A stretch of DNA of 64,000 bases from Camelus dromedarius. Taxonomy: Eukaryota. The DNA lies in contig NC_087437.1 of NCBI RefSeq assembly GCF_036321535.1, forward strand, positions 76,510,001-76,574,000, in the 5' to 3' direction. Both the position numbers and the translations under genes were made by a program. Of this stretch, positions 1 through 12,304 are shown in pieces. How positions within the stretch are numbered: the first letter of the stretch is position 1; every line of letters begins with the position of its first letter. The notes under the pieces were generated by a model that did not search any database, was not told where the DNA came from, and was given only the letters and a program-made list of their open reading frames with translations.

Positions 1-234
1 GTCTAGGTCATGTGTGATTGTCCAAACATCTAGGGATGGTGCCTGACTAGGGGAGGGGAAAGCAGGAGATTAGTGGATGGGCCTTTTCATTTTCAACTCA
101 GTTTTATCTATCTATTCTTCTATCAGCGATGACCAGAAGCCCCTCCACCCCTTACTTATACTGTTGAGGGTAAAGACACTTGAAGTACTTTGGTCTTACT
201 GCATTGTTCCGTTTATAATTTACATTTCTGTTTT

Positions 235-345
235 CCCTTGCTAGACTGATTTTATGGAGAAGATAGGTTGGGTTATGTTTTTAGCGTTATTACCTACATT
301 GCCTAATAAATATTATGTGCTTAAAATATATTAGTTGAATAAGTT
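235..345 (+). mobile_element. L2 LINE 3' end remnant
   Basis: ctagactg...gtgcttaaaatatattagttgaataag resembles the degenerate L2 3' tail. Confidence 0.5.
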
Positions 346-395
346 ATGTATAGTGATGATATCACAGGAAAGGCTAATATAATGATAACATAAAA

Positions 396-620
396 TAATA
401 GCTAACAAGTATTGATGGAGAACTTATATACTGGCCATTTCTCATTTCATTCTTATAAACTATCCTATGAAATAGGTTCTATTTTTCTCTTCATTTTATG
501 TATGAGAGACTAAGGCTTATGTTAACTAACTTGTCCTAATTTATATAACTGAAACTGACAGAGCAGGGATTTCAGCTGGGGCAGTCTGACTCCAGAGCTC
601 TTCATCAGAATTGTACTGCC
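396..620 (-). mobile_element. MIR SINE
   Basis: Antisense MIR core: cattttatgtatgagagactaaggc...taacttgtcc...cagagcagggatttc...gcagtctgactccagagc. Confidence 0.75.
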
Positions 621-705
621 CCCTGGAGGTAGATCAGAGAGAAGAGGAAAATGGATCCAATCTCAGAGAAGAGAGGTCGCTAGTTTTGCTATTCTCTATT
701 CTTAG

Positions 706-752
706 ATGTTCACCTAGGATGGATGGTATTTATTTGATGGCAGACAAGCCAG
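706..752 (+). CDS. Candidate short internal exon near the 3' end of an unidentified gene (alternative acceptor at 718; GC-type donor)
   Basis: Pyrimidine tract and AG (ttttgctattctctattcttag) at 704-705, second AG at 716-717, donor CAG|GCAAGA at 752/753. Open frames read CSPRMDGIYLMADKP (from 706) or DGWYLFDGRQA (from 718). Confidence 0.35.
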
Positions 753-1475
753 GCAAGAGAGTTTTATGTTTACGGATATAAATGAGCTCCTTTTTTGAAT
801 TTGATATTATCCTAAAGGAACTGGTGTTTTATAGTAACTTGACTAATAAAGCTTCCTTATTCATAGCACTCTTAGCTCTGTGTTTACCTCATAATATAAG
901 CAAATAAAATAAATATAAATAAATCTACATAAGTGTAGAATATTCAAATCAGAATTTAAAATTTTTGTATCTCAAATTAAAAGCTTCACCTTATTTAGTT
1001 AACAGAAACCATATTTTACCCTAAACCTTAAGAATTTTGAATACTTTGCTCCTCATCTTTAGAAGTACATCTTTACAGAATGTACTAAAATCACAACTGC
1101 CTGCTTTTGAAAAGAATTCTTGCCTAAATATGAGTAAGAAAATAGCAGTAAACCAGATATTTTTATTGGCATAAATTTATATATTTTTTACTTTTATGGT
1201 AAGCTATATTTGAGAGAGAGCATATACCTTCTTTGATCAGAAATTTTGAAAATATGATATTGGTCCTTGGGAAACATCAAAAGCAGGTTTTCTTCATGAC
1301 AGTTAAGAAAACAGAATAGAGTGTATTTAATGGTGATTGCTTTGTATTTGGATAACCAATTGCTAAAGCAAAGATATATTGTTATATTATTGCTTTATTC
1401 CTGGTACCTGAAGCATTATTACAGAAGCATGCAGAACTCGTAATTGCATTCTTATACACGAGTCTTTGTGTATAG

Positions 1476-1522
1476 CTCTGTTACTGCTGAGGCTAATTAC
1501 TAGTTGTGGATTTATCCAGCTG
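1476..1522 (+). CDS. Candidate penultimate exon (47 nt) of an unidentified gene
   Basis: Acceptor gtctttgtgtatag and strong donor CTG|GTAAGT at 1522/1523. One frame is open (LLLLRLITSCGFIQL); an alternative frame ends SVTAEANY* at 1503. Confidence 0.45.
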
Positions 1523-1569
1523 GTAAGTTCCAAGTAAATGGACAAGTAGTAAATGCAGACATAGAGGAA

Positions 1570-2300
1570 TAATTTGAATTTAAGTCTGCTTGTGGGAAAG
1601 ACTTTGTAGGTTATGGAAGAGTAATTATATTTGTTATAGAGGGAAGAGACAGGAGGGAGAAGAAAAGAGTAGTGGTATGAGAGAGGCAGGAGATTGTGAG
1701 GGTTATTGACAAAAGAGTGGAGGGAAAAAAGGGTTCAATCACAGAGAGATTGGTGGTGGAAGTAAGGGTAATTATAGCCAGAGAAAGGAAATGCAAAGAT
1801 CATAACCTTGAAGGCGGGGGGTGGGGTAGGGGGAGCAGTTCTAAGAAATGATAAGATGCAGAGTGGCTACAGTGGATCACAGTTGTAGTTGTTTGACGTT
1901 GAGAAGGTCATGAATGATGAGATGGCAGATGTTGAGTGGATCACAGTTGTAGTTGTTTGACATTGAGAAGGTTATGAAAGATGAGATAGCAGATGTTGGG
2001 CTGCAGAAGATTTTCCCTTGGGTGCTAAAGGTTTTAAAGAGCTTGGGAATGTGTCTTGGAGGTCACCAGATGATGATGATAAAGATGTAGGAAAGTACAC
2101 AGATGCTCAAGCATGCCTCAGAAAGTGTGCTGCAAGCTGGGGATGGGCACTTGTTGGGAAGCAGCAATGGGGTCTATGCAGTGCCAACTCCTCCAGCCCA
2201 CTGAATTCAGAGGAGTGGAGGGGAGCAGCATCTACTGGAGAGAAAACTGGGAGTGAGCGTTGAACAGGAAAGCTGAGATTTCCAATCAGGTTAGGAGAAA
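1570..2300 (-). mobile_element. Degraded L2 internal fragment
   Basis: Purine-rich + strand typical of antisense L2 ORF2 relics. Confidence 0.4.
1871..1998. repeat. Tandem duplication, 2 x 64 bp
   Basis: 1871-1934 and 1935-1998 (agtggatcacagttgtagttgtttgac...gcagatgttg) differ at 4 positions. Confidence 0.95.
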
Positions 2301-2344
2301 GTACATGTCTTTTTGGCTTTTACTTTAGTTATTAACACACTCTT

Positions 2345-2444
2345 TTTTTCCACTCTTTCTTCTTTAATGAAGGTACTGGGGTTTGAACCCAGGACCTTGT
2401 ACATGCTAAGCACATGCTCTACCACTGAGCTAGGCCCTCCCCTC
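2345..2444 (-). mobile_element. tRNA-derived SINE (Vic-1-like, camelid)
   Basis: Antisense A/B boxes (ccactgagcta; gggtttgaacc), T-rich tail, 15-bp TSD tattaacaYactctt at 2330-2344 and 2445-2459. Confidence 0.9.
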
Positions 2445-2534
2445 TATTAACATACTCTTAATGATTTATAACCATGTGGTAGGCATCATGCTGGATGTCG
2501 GGAATTCAGAGATTTAAAAAGTGTGTCATCATGA

Positions 2535-2745
2535 AAAGACAATGGATTTTGAAACCAGCCAAAACTGGCTTTCAATTCTGACATTATCACCATGTCTCTA
2601 TAGCTTCCCTGAGACCCAGCTTCCTTGTGTATAAAATAAAAATATATATATAGATAACTTACTTTGCAACATTGTTGTGAGGATAAAATATATTGTAAAT
2701 AAAAGGTTTATCATACTTCTGCCTTGCAGTTATTATTATTATTGT
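2535..2745 (+). mobile_element. MIR SINE
   Basis: ccctgagacccagcttccttgtgtataaaat...ttgttgtgaggataaaat core. Confidence 0.6.
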
Positions 2746-3039
2746 TATTGTTATTTTAGTTTCTAATCTAATTCACTGGGGCAGATGATATGCACATAAG
2801 TAACCATGAGGTGGTAGGAAGACTGAGGTTAAGTTACCCATGACAATTTTATTTGGGAACTCTGGCACTGAGTTAGAATTTAATGAGTCCTAGGCCAGAA
2901 AATTTTGTCATCAAGATGAGAGCTGGAGAGAACACACACAAGCCATGTTAATAGCGTCGCCAAATGTATAGTGGTTGTGGGGTAGCCTAGAAATAAGACC
3001 CAGGGTCAGTGATGGAAAGAAGCATCAGAGATCAGAGAA

Positions 3040-3160
3040 ACAATCTCTCTGGGCTTCAGTTTCTTCATTTATTGGGAAAATAGATTTCCCTCCCTTCTGT
3101 TTGGTTGCTGTGAAGGCAATGAGATAATATAAGTAAAAGAGCTTTGACAACGTTGAAGGG
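3040..3160 (+). mobile_element. MIR/MIR3 fragment
   Basis: ctctctgggcttcagtttcttcattt...ggttgctgtgaaggcaatgagataat. Confidence 0.65.
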
Positions 3161-3290
3161 TGTGTATAGGAGTGGTGTTAGGTTTATGAGTATTTGTGGG
3201 CAGAATTTTCAGTGGTTGCTGTTCCTACCATCCTGACAAGATGTGGAGAAAACGTACTACTCTCCATAGGAGATTTAGCCTAAAAGTAAA

Positions 3291-3357
3291 ATATATCTAT
3301 ATCTATATCTATATATATGTATATATAGATATAGATATAGATATAGATAGATATATC
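3291..3357. repeat. (ATATCT)n/(AGATAT)n microsatellite forming an inverted repeat
   Basis: 3292-3316 is the exact reverse complement of 3321-3345, with a 4-nt spacer. Confidence 0.9.
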
Positions 3358-3924
3358 TTTAATATAATTAAAACATTTATGAATCATATGACAGTGAAAA
3401 TACAGAAAAATTTTGTAGCTCTGAGGAGAGAAAGTTTGCTTGAGAACCTCTAGAGTTATCTTGTCAGTTATTGGAAACTGTTTTGCTTAGTAGCCAATAC
3501 TGCAATATGATCAAATGTGACAAATGTGACATTTTTCTAAGCCATTCATAGATCTCTAAAAGTGGAAAAAAACCCTTCATTGTTTATTTGGAGGAATATC
3601 AGGAAAAGAGGACTTCTTGCCTACTAATATTGCTATTCAGACCTGTGTGGCTCTTCTCTTTAACCCAACAGCCCTCTTAATCACATTCTTCCCCCTCTGC
3701 CTGTCTGTTATCTGGTTAGAGCAGGTTCTGCCCATTGGACTCAGCTCTCTGCTTTATTTCTCAGCTCTTGCATCATTCTCCAAATGATGGGTTGGAACTA
3801 ATTCTTTTTTGACATACAACCAGTTTAAACTATGGTGCTAATAGGTAAAAGTGGATAAAAGTAGAAGGGATTGAGTCCTCAGAAAATGCCACCCATTTAA
3901 GACCAGATGAAAGAAATTAACATT

Positions 3925-4140
3925 CATAATAATAATGGATAGTATGTTGTGAATGCATCTTTTAACCAGTGTAAAATCCTCGCAACAGCCAGATGAGCTT
4001 CTTGCTATTACTACTCAATTTTAAAGGTGAGGGGATTGAAGTAGAGAATAAAGTCGCCTGCTGAAGGACTCCATTTTTACTCCATGGCAGAGCTGGGTCT
4101 GGAAACCTGACTGTTACAGCTTTAAGCACTAGGGTATACT
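3925..4140 (-). mobile_element. MIR SINE
   Basis: aatcctcgcaacagcc...attttaaaggtgaggggattgaagtagaga...ggcagagctggg. Confidence 0.65.
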
Positions 4141-4564
4141 GTCTTTTCAGTTTTGAAGGACTTAGAGAAGTTAAAATGGAAAAAAAAAATCAATCAATCA
4201 ATCAATCATCAAAGTCCTGAAAATGCTGATATTTGGTTATCAGATTTTAGAATATGAGGACTAGGAGCACTTTTTGAAATGTGAAAGGTAAATTTAGCAC
4301 ATAATTGGAAATGTGTTTGATAAATTTATGTCGTTTTGTAACCCAAGAAACAATTTATAATGAAAACCTCCTCCCCTTAAAAATTCTAGTGAAATAAATA
4401 TACATTTGAGTATCTTTTCTCTTAGGGCATACATCTTCTAATTTTGGGGCTTATTTCAAGAAAACATTAAACTGCCTTTTATTCTTGCAGTGACATTCAC
4501 AGAACCACTTTTGAGAACTTTCTTCTGTGGATTTGATTTTATTCTCATGTCTTTGTCTCCGCAG

Positions 4565-5150
4565 GGAACCTTCTTCCAGTTTTTCAGCATCAACCTGACA
4601 CTCTACTAGGTTTTTAAAGTAAATTGCGCTGTCTTTGACTTTAGAGACTAAATTTCGGGTGAGAACCATCCAACAATGAATGGAACAATGACATGGGGCT
4701 GGCAAGAGGCCAGAGGCTTGGGTTTCCAATAGTTTGTATAATAACTGAATTTACTGTACCTTATAAAATACTCTGAAGAGGAACTTTTCATTTATGAAAT
4801 TAGCAAGATAAATTTTCAGATCCTTGAATCTGTTTTTGAAAAAATTATCCTGTGTTCTAATGTATTGAAATATGGCCTTTGATCTTTCATTCAGAAATAT
4901 GGGTACTGTCTTGGTGTTATTTACAGTTGTGAATTTTTATGAGACATTCACTTTATTTCAAATTGTTGAATGGAATGATTACTTCTATTTTTTAAAACCT
5001 TTGTTTCTTGAAAGTTATTTCAAGTTATTTTTTCTAAGTGTTTTAAAGGAACTAAGATTTTAAAATGTATTTGTAGAGCCAGAGCTGTATAATTGTAATG
5101 CCCTTGTATAGATACAGATGTGTTGTTATTTTATAAAATATTTTAGCAAA
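4565..5150 (+). other. Candidate terminal exon and 3'UTR of the upstream gene
   Basis: Strong acceptor (ttctcatgtctttgtctccgcag|G). The frame continuing from the 1476-1522 exon ends GTFFQFFSINLTLY* at 4609. The following sequence is U-rich, lacks recognisable TEs and has a variant polyA hexamer TATAAA near 5132. The 3' end is uncertain. Confidence 0.5.
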
Positions 5151-6544
5151 AACATGGGGCCAAATAAGGAACATGATCATTCAGTAGACTTGTAGAGACA
5201 TGGGTAATAGTCAGCTTTCAGTGCAGTTACTCCTGTGGCTTCCCTGCTCTATTTGCCAATAACAGGAATTGATTTTTTTTTTGATCATATGATTTAGAAA
5301 TAACAAATTCCTCCTTCTACATACTCTTTATTGAGATACACTATGTGAGACAAATGGTGTGTTTTGTTTGGAGAGCTGAAATCTGAGATGTTCCAGTGGC
5401 AGTTGAGCATTCCTAGGTACCTTGTTGGGAAGTGGGATAGTGTGGTGATAAGGTGCTGGTTTCCAGAGGCCATGTGAGTGGGACAGGTGGTCTGGCCTAA
5501 AGGAAATATCCTGGCCTCTCGGTTCTAGCTCTCTCATCCTCTGGGTTTATATGCTGCATTCCCTCAGGCACATTTCCCTTATTGGCATAGGAAGGCACGA
5601 AGAGGCTTTCACAAATGCCACTTCTGATAGTATCCAAAGGGGCTTTTCAGATGTCACCATGACCTCTGCTGGGCTGAACATATGTTTAAGACATGTGGAG
5701 GAATGGTCAGGTTTTAGAGGCTCTGCTGCTACTCGGTATTATTCCTGGCTCTGTTCTCCGCTCGACTTGCCAACATTCTATTTGTGTGTGGCTTGCAGCT
5801 GCCACAGTCATACTAGTCTCAATTTGGTGTTCTGAGCTCCTGAAGATTCCACCACTTCTGCCAGAAGTCCTCTCTGTTGTTACCACCCTGACTGCTTTCA
5901 AGTTCAGGGGCAAAGCTGGGAAATCCGTCTCTCTCTCTCCCTCTCTCTCATGCTCTAGATCATGCTCTTTTTCCTGTTTCATACTGTGTGCTCATGGAGG
6001 ACAGCTCTGTGCTTATAATGCAGACTCTACAGGGCTCTGTACAGAAGAACACTGTATGAGTGGCTTAAATATCACTCACCAGTGTCTTTCTAGTCCCCTC
6101 TGTTGTTTCTTGCTAGAAGGGTGTTTGGGTTAACTTAAATGCTTCTATTAAGCAGGAGGCCTTTCCTTGATAGCAATGCAGTTATTAACTGACTATGAGT
6201 AGATCAGTTGTGATATTTAATTCTGGCAGGTGTTCATAAAAGATCTACCATGTTTCTTCAAATGATCCCTTCATTTCCTGCTGTCTGTGGTACCTAAATA
6301 TAGTGGTCCAGATTGTCAGGGTAAAGTAAAATAATGGATGTGACAAATATCTCAGCTGGTCCAAATGAAATCTCATTAAAGAGTCTGTACTGTAGTTGGT
6401 TCTGACATTTTTGAGTAGCAGCACTGAAGAAAAGAGAAGTGGGGACTGGAAGGCAGCTAACATTTATTTCCCCAGGAACCATGGTTTGATCTTTATAAGC
6501 ATTTTCCCATTTAATCCTGATAAAAGCCCTTTTGCATACTTATT

Positions 6545-6695
6545 TTTCTCTTATTTAAAAAATGGGGATACTGAGGCTCAGAGGTTTAAACATCATATTC
6601 TAGGATACATACATATATGATAAGTGGTAGAAATAATTTCAAATCCTGGTGGGTCTGATACAAATGTCAGTGTTCCTTCACTTAAATATACTGCC
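6545..6695 (-). mobile_element. MIR SINE
   Basis: aaatggggatactgaggctcagaggtttaa...ataagtggtagaa...tttcaaatcctgg. Confidence 0.7.
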
Positions 6696-7157
6696 CTCAA
6701 ATAAATGTATAAATGTGTATTTGTTGATTTTGGAAGGCTCTTTACCAGTCCTGTTACCATCTGCCAAGACTTCTGGGCCAAAATTATTACCTAAATACTT
6801 TATGAGACATAAATATAAATTAATGAGGCTCATTTAAAAAATGTTCTTTCCCTTTTTGTACCAAACGAGAGCTGTCCCCTAATATCATTCACTTTAGGAA
6901 GTTATGACATTATAACAACGTCTGTCCCAGTTAGTGGCATTTTAGCAGTCTCTCTTTGGGAATTGCTTTCAGAGCAGATTTTTAAACTACAAAGGACATG
7001 GTATTTGTGCTGAATGTTCAAGATGACTCAGTGTTTTCCCAAAGTAAGAAAAGACATTTCATACGGAGGCCTGGACAAGCATGCTGGGTCTTCTAAAAGA
7101 GCTGGCATGGCTAGAGTGGAGACTACTAGGAAGGGGTGGACCTGGAGCAAGGAGAGC

Positions 7158-7905
7158 GGCGGTGCAGCTTTATAGTTAAGAGCATGGGCCTGGGAGACGA
7201 TAGATTTGGGTGAATCCCGTCACTGTCACTTAGTAGCTGTGACTTAAGCAATTATTTGATTTCTCTGATTGTTTCAAGTTTCATTATTTTTAAAAATGGG
7301 AATAGCAATTGTATTAATCAGGGTTCTTCAGAGATACAGAACCAATGTGGAACTGATTGACTGCTTGATTGATAGATTATGAAGAATTAGCTCATGCAAT
7401 TATGGAGGCTAAGTCCCACGATCTGCTATCTGAAAGCTGGAGACCCAGGAAAGCCAGTGGTGTAGTTCCACTGAGTCCAGAGGCCTGAGAACCAGGAGTG
7501 CTGATCGTGCAAGTCCTAGTCTGAGGGCAGGACAAGACCATCGCCCCACCTCAGCAGTCAGTCAGAGAGAAAGAATTTCCCTCACTCGGTCTTTTTGTAC
7601 AATTCAGGCTCTCAGTGGATTAGGTAGTGCTTACGCACACTGGGGAGGGCAATCTGCTTCACTTAGTCTACAGATTCCAATGCTGTTTCCTTCTAGAAAC
7701 ACTCATACAGACAAAACCCAGAAAAAATGTTTAGCCAGGTAAATCTGGGCATCCTGTGGCCCAGTCAAGTTGACACATAAAATTAACCATCCCAACAGTT
7801 TCACCTCCTTCCCTGCAGAATATTGACAGTAAATAATAGAACGTGTTTTTAGTGCTTAGCACAAGGTCAGGCACATAGTAAGCACTGATAAAGTGTAGCT
7901 GTCAC
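7158..7905 (+). mobile_element. MIR SINE split by an MLT2 LTR (MIR parts 7158-7309 and 7795-7905)
   Basis: 5' part tagttaagagcatgggc...cacttagtagctgtgac...aaaatgggaatag; 3' part gtgcttagcacaaggtcaggcacatagtaagcac. Confidence 0.75.
7310..7794 (-). mobile_element. MLT2-family (ERVL) solo LTR
   Basis: Termini tgtattaatcagggttcttcagaga ... cccagtcaagttgacacataaaattaaccatccca match antisense MLT2. Confidence 0.85.
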
Positions 7906-7959
7906 TTCCTAGGTTTAGCAGTGAAAAGTCTTCTATACTGTGCCGAGGGGTTTACTGTT

Positions 7960-9250
7960 TACTGTTTCTCTGAGGTCTTCATTAAGCAATGTGATTAGTA
8001 AGCGACATATTAGATTGATTTTTTTTTCAAAATAGTACTGTGGAGGATGGATTGCAAGGTTGTGAAAGTAGAGAGCCACAGCAAGTTTCAGGAACAATGT
8101 AACAGATAACAAGGTACTGCAGGAGTGAAGAAGAAATGACAGGTAACAAACATAAAGGGGATTAAATTGACTGGTCACTGACTGCCAGTCATGAGAAAGA
8201 AGGAAATAGGATAATTCTGTGTTTGGCCTGGAAGGCTGGGTGGTATCAATACCCAAGAAAAGAAATCTAGAGGCAAGTGCAATTTAGGACAAAATATTGC
8301 TTTTGAGATGTTGTATATGAGATGCCTTTGGAAGAGCCAGATGATAGCAGATAACCTAACACACAGCACCCAGCAGAAAGCCCAGTGCAGAGAAGATGCT
8401 CAGGAAAATATTTGGTGAATAAATGAGAGAATAAATCTGGGAGCCATGTATATGGTAAATGGAGGCATAGAAGTTAATGATATTCTCCAAGAATGACAAG
8501 AAGAAAACCAAGGATAGACTTCTGGTGGCCCAGTAACACTTAGGGGCTGAGGGAAATAACAGGAGCCTAGAGAAGGGATGGAGAAAGAATTATCAAAGAG
8601 GGAAATGAGGAACCAAGGGAAGGTGGTGTTTGCAAGTCCAAGGAAGAGTCCCAAGTGGAAAAGAGTCTTCTACAATGTTAATATTCATAGAGAGGACAAG
8701 TAAGATGCACAATGAAAAGAACCCATGGTATTTGATGATGGGATAAGTCATTTTTCACCCTGGCCAAAGCAAAAAATGACTTTAGTGAATTGAAAACAAT
8801 TGCAGGGGAGGATGTGGGTATAATGAATGGTAACTAAATATAACCGTTCTTTCAAGGAACATAGTTGTCAAGAGATGGCGGTGGTGCATGGTGAGTAGGA
8901 GAGAACTGAAGCAAGGCTTTTCTACTTGACTGTGTTTGTGGAGGCAGAACAAGAGGCAGACAGGGAACATACAAGATAGAATAACATGTGCAGCAGAGAA
9001 CTGAACAGATAGGAAGGGGTCAGCGCAAGAGCATGTGCAGTTCAGTTAACCTTGAACAGTATAAAGGCCAACTTTCCCTCAGAGATTTGTAGAAAGGAGA
9101 TGCGACAGGCCAGACATCTGAGAAACTTCATGTTTGCTAGCCTTACTCCTTCTGTGCAGTAACAGACAAGGTTTTCTGTTGAGACCAGGGTGGGTTACAG
9201 TGAGATGGGTCTTGAAGAGATATTTGGAACGTCTGCTATAGGGAGTTAAC
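7960..9250 (-). mobile_element. L2 LINE relic
   Basis: Typical antisense L2 motifs, e.g. ttttgagatgttg...gagatgcct, aaatctgggag, aaccaaggga...gtggtgt...aagtccaagga. Confidence 0.7.
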
Positions 9251-11524
9251 CAGCGTCACGTGGCAGTAGTGCTAAGGGTCCAGTCCATAATTCAGAGACA
9301 AAGTGTATGGTGTATTCTAGGAGTGATAGATGGTTGGATTGATAAATATATAGAATAAGTATAGGAAAAGGAACCATGGCAGTGATAATGGCAGGAGGTG
9401 AGTGAGATGAAGCCCTCTGGATTCCGGTTCTAGGGAAGAAACTGAAACCATAGGTAGGGTGTTGTTAAATGAGAGGATGATGTAAATGTTCCAAATGATA
9501 AACAGTGTGAGTGTAAGGCTGAAAGGATGCTTGCCTTTAATCTGGTGCTGTGAGTATTTATGGTGGGGAAGGGACAGAGGTCACCTGACCAAGTTGGGAG
9601 ACTTCTAAATAGTATTTTTTAAAAACTTGGTAGCTATTCTCTGATGTAAAATGCCACTTTTACTATAATTAAAAAATTATTAATTCTAGTGATATCTTTT
9701 GGGTGACTAAAAGCAAATAAAATCAATTTGTAGCTAATTATAAAATTTGTATTCAATTTCAAAAGTAGAATGGTAAATTGAAGTTGATAAGAAACCCATG
9801 ATTTGAGGTCTTCCAGTTATTTTTATTCCTTAGGTTTCCAGTTTTTAAGTTCAGAACAGAAATTGGTTTCCATATTTTGGGACAGAGCACACGAAAGTCT
9901 TAGTTCAAGGAAGTTTAGCTTGTAATCAGGTTTATAAGTATTATACACAGTCTTGGTAGGTGAAATGAGCCATAAATTTAAAAAACAATTTTAAAAAACA
10001 ATTAACTGCATTTACATTAGAGACAATTTGAAAAGTGAACCAGTATGAGATTTCATGAGTAATGTCTTTCTTTATATAAATTGAACTGTACATACAGTAG
10101 TGAAATCTTTTAGTGTAAATGTGTAACCTGTATGTTTTGATAAGTCAGAGCTTTCCTAAGTGTCACAAAATTATCGTAAGAAACATCATTGAAATTGCTT
10201 TTCACAAAAATGGTGCTCTCTCCTTTATTACTTCTACTGAATAATTTATGTATTTTGGAAATAACGTGTGTTAATTTTTGTGGAAAGTAATAATGTGATT
10301 TATTTGAAAGGTCCATTTTTCTGAGACTAAATCAGCACTTCTTAATCAATTGTCTAATCTGCAAGCATTGTAGGTATTAACCAGATTACAAATCAAGTTA
10401 GGAATCTAAGTTATACACAAATTGATTTTGCAATTGCCTTCAAGTGAAATAGCCTGGACCCAGTAAAATTCTCCCCCACTTATTTCCAGAAATGGCATTT
10501 GGGATAGCCTCATGGTATTAATGTGATGGCCATGGCCTGGTATTTGTACTCAGCTGTGGTCGTAGAGTAAGTTTAAATTGGTAAGACTGGATAAATAGCA
10601 TTCTTCAGATGTTCTGGATGACAGCATATCTAATGTAATGGCATTTGTCTGCCAGTTTCTATGTATTAGAGCACAAAAGATTTTGAACCATGAGTAATTT
10701 TGATAGAGGAATTCAATTCACTTCCTTCTATAATATACTGCAAATTATAAACTTTCATTACAATATTCAATCACTTGGGAAAAGAATGTATTTTAAATCA
10801 GGTTCCATGCCAGATATCTCATTTATAGAGCTATGCTGCTCAAAATTGGACAAATTGATTACCTTGGTGAATATTGAAAATATTAGTTGGAAACATTAAA
10901 ACCATCTTTATTAGTTCTAGGATCTAGTAATACATATACTTGGGTAATAAATATTAAGAGCTACTAATAGACCAGCTTTTAAAGTGAGAGAATACCCATT
11001 TGCTTAATTGTGGTGAATTGCTGGGGTGTGATTATGTAGTCCTGGGTGCTGAAACATGACTAAAACATTCATGCATGCTATCAGCTCCTTTAGGCAGCTA
11101 ATAAATAGGCCCATTAGATAGTCTGATGAGATACTGTGGGCTTCAAGGCCTGACCATAATGTTGATTTATGCCTGTGTAGCTACTTTTATTACAAGATCG
11201 TGAAAGGCTATGTGGTCACTCACTAACTGATCACCAATCCCTTTATGAGCGAAACTGCTGTTATTTATTTATTGTTCCTTCAGTAGCTGGTCACTTTTCA
11301 AGAGGCTAACATTGTAACCAATCTCTTTTGGTTCCAGTAATTTCATAATTTGAATATATGATATTGAAATGAGATATGATATTTAAAAGCTCATTAATAT
11401 TTCACTTTAAAAGACAGCTCATTTTATCAAAAGTTTCATTCCTACCCCCATGCATCCTTTCCTTACTTTTTAATATTAGGTTCATCTCTGTAGCTTTGCC
11501 AAGGTTTTCTGAATTCTGTCATGA

Positions 11525-12015
11525 AGTATCACAGAATTGTGATTGGAAGTGACCTTTAAAGTTTCAAGTTCTGACTCTAAGCACAAATCCTCTCCGGGCA
11601 TCTCTGAAAGATGGGCTTTGAGCCAGGATCCCAAATGTGTTCCCTGGAGTTTGTAGCAAGAAATCTCTGATTTGAGTCTCTACCTAATGAACCTGGTGGG
11701 GTTATTGCACATTGTTTGAGATCAGCTTTTCAGTTAAGAGGCAGCTTGAGTGGTTGTAATTTTTATACCGAGGTAAAACTTCTCTTGCAGTGGTCTCAAA
11801 ATGACCCTAGGAGTTAATAGAGTATGCAGCTTCTACTATTTTGATGCTTTTAATGACTGACTTGTTTTCTTTAGTCTTCTTTACTCTGTGATATGTATTT
11901 CTAATTTCTTCCATCCCCAAATAATAACATAGTTTCCAGAGGTATGATAGATCATTCTCATCAAGATCTTCTGATACTGTCTGTTGTTTTAAATTGTTTC
12001 CAGAATTGCACATGC
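11525..12015 (-). mobile_element. L3/CR1 LINE 3' part (apparently continues at 17860-18420)
   Basis: atcacagaattgtgattggaagtgaccttta...gcatctctgaaagatgg resembles the antisense L3/MIR3 3' end. Confidence 0.45.
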
Positions 12016-12119
12016 TGGTGAAAAACAGTAACAGTTTACTCTTTTCTTTTTTCCCCTTAAAGCAGGCGTTGTGCTAAGCAGTTTATATGTATTTTGTATT
12101 TTTAAAAAATTGAACATTT

Positions 12120-12203
12120 TTTTCATATAACTGAAAAATTGTGCTCTACACTGGAATTTGACACAACAGTGTAAAATGACTGTAACTCAGTAAAAAATGT
12201 TTT
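12120..12203 (+). mobile_element. Very short 5'-truncated young L1 (3' tail only)
   Basis: ataactgaaaaattgtgctctacactggaatttgacacaacagtgtaaaatgactgtaactcagtaaaaaa, flanked by the perfect direct repeat tttaaaaaattgaacattt (12101-12119 and 12201-12219). Confidence 0.75.
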
Positions 12204-12221
12204 AAAAAATTGAACATTTAA

Positions 12222-12304
12222 AAAAATGGAGGTACTAGGAATTGAACCCAGGACTTTGTGCATGGTGAGCATGTGCTCTATCACTGAGCTATACCCCCTT
12301 CCCC
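12222..12304 (-). mobile_element. tRNA-derived SINE (Vic-1-like)
   Basis: ggaggtactaggaattgaacccaggac...ctatcactgagctataccccc. Confidence 0.9.

Noticed and set aside
1476..1496. ctc tgt tac tgc TGA ggc TAA reads LCYC-U-G*, resembling the thioredoxin reductase C-terminal Cys-Sec-Gly motif
   Set aside because: It lacks the preceding Gly and any TXNRD-like upstream sequence. The ATGA...AA candidate near 4687-4730 does not form a SECIS helix or GA quartet by eye. A SECISearch hit in 4565-5200 would reopen the question
5693..6133. 146-aa ORF
   Set aside because: No recognisable domain, includes a CT microsatellite, lies downstream of the putative 3'UTR, and its length is compatible with chance
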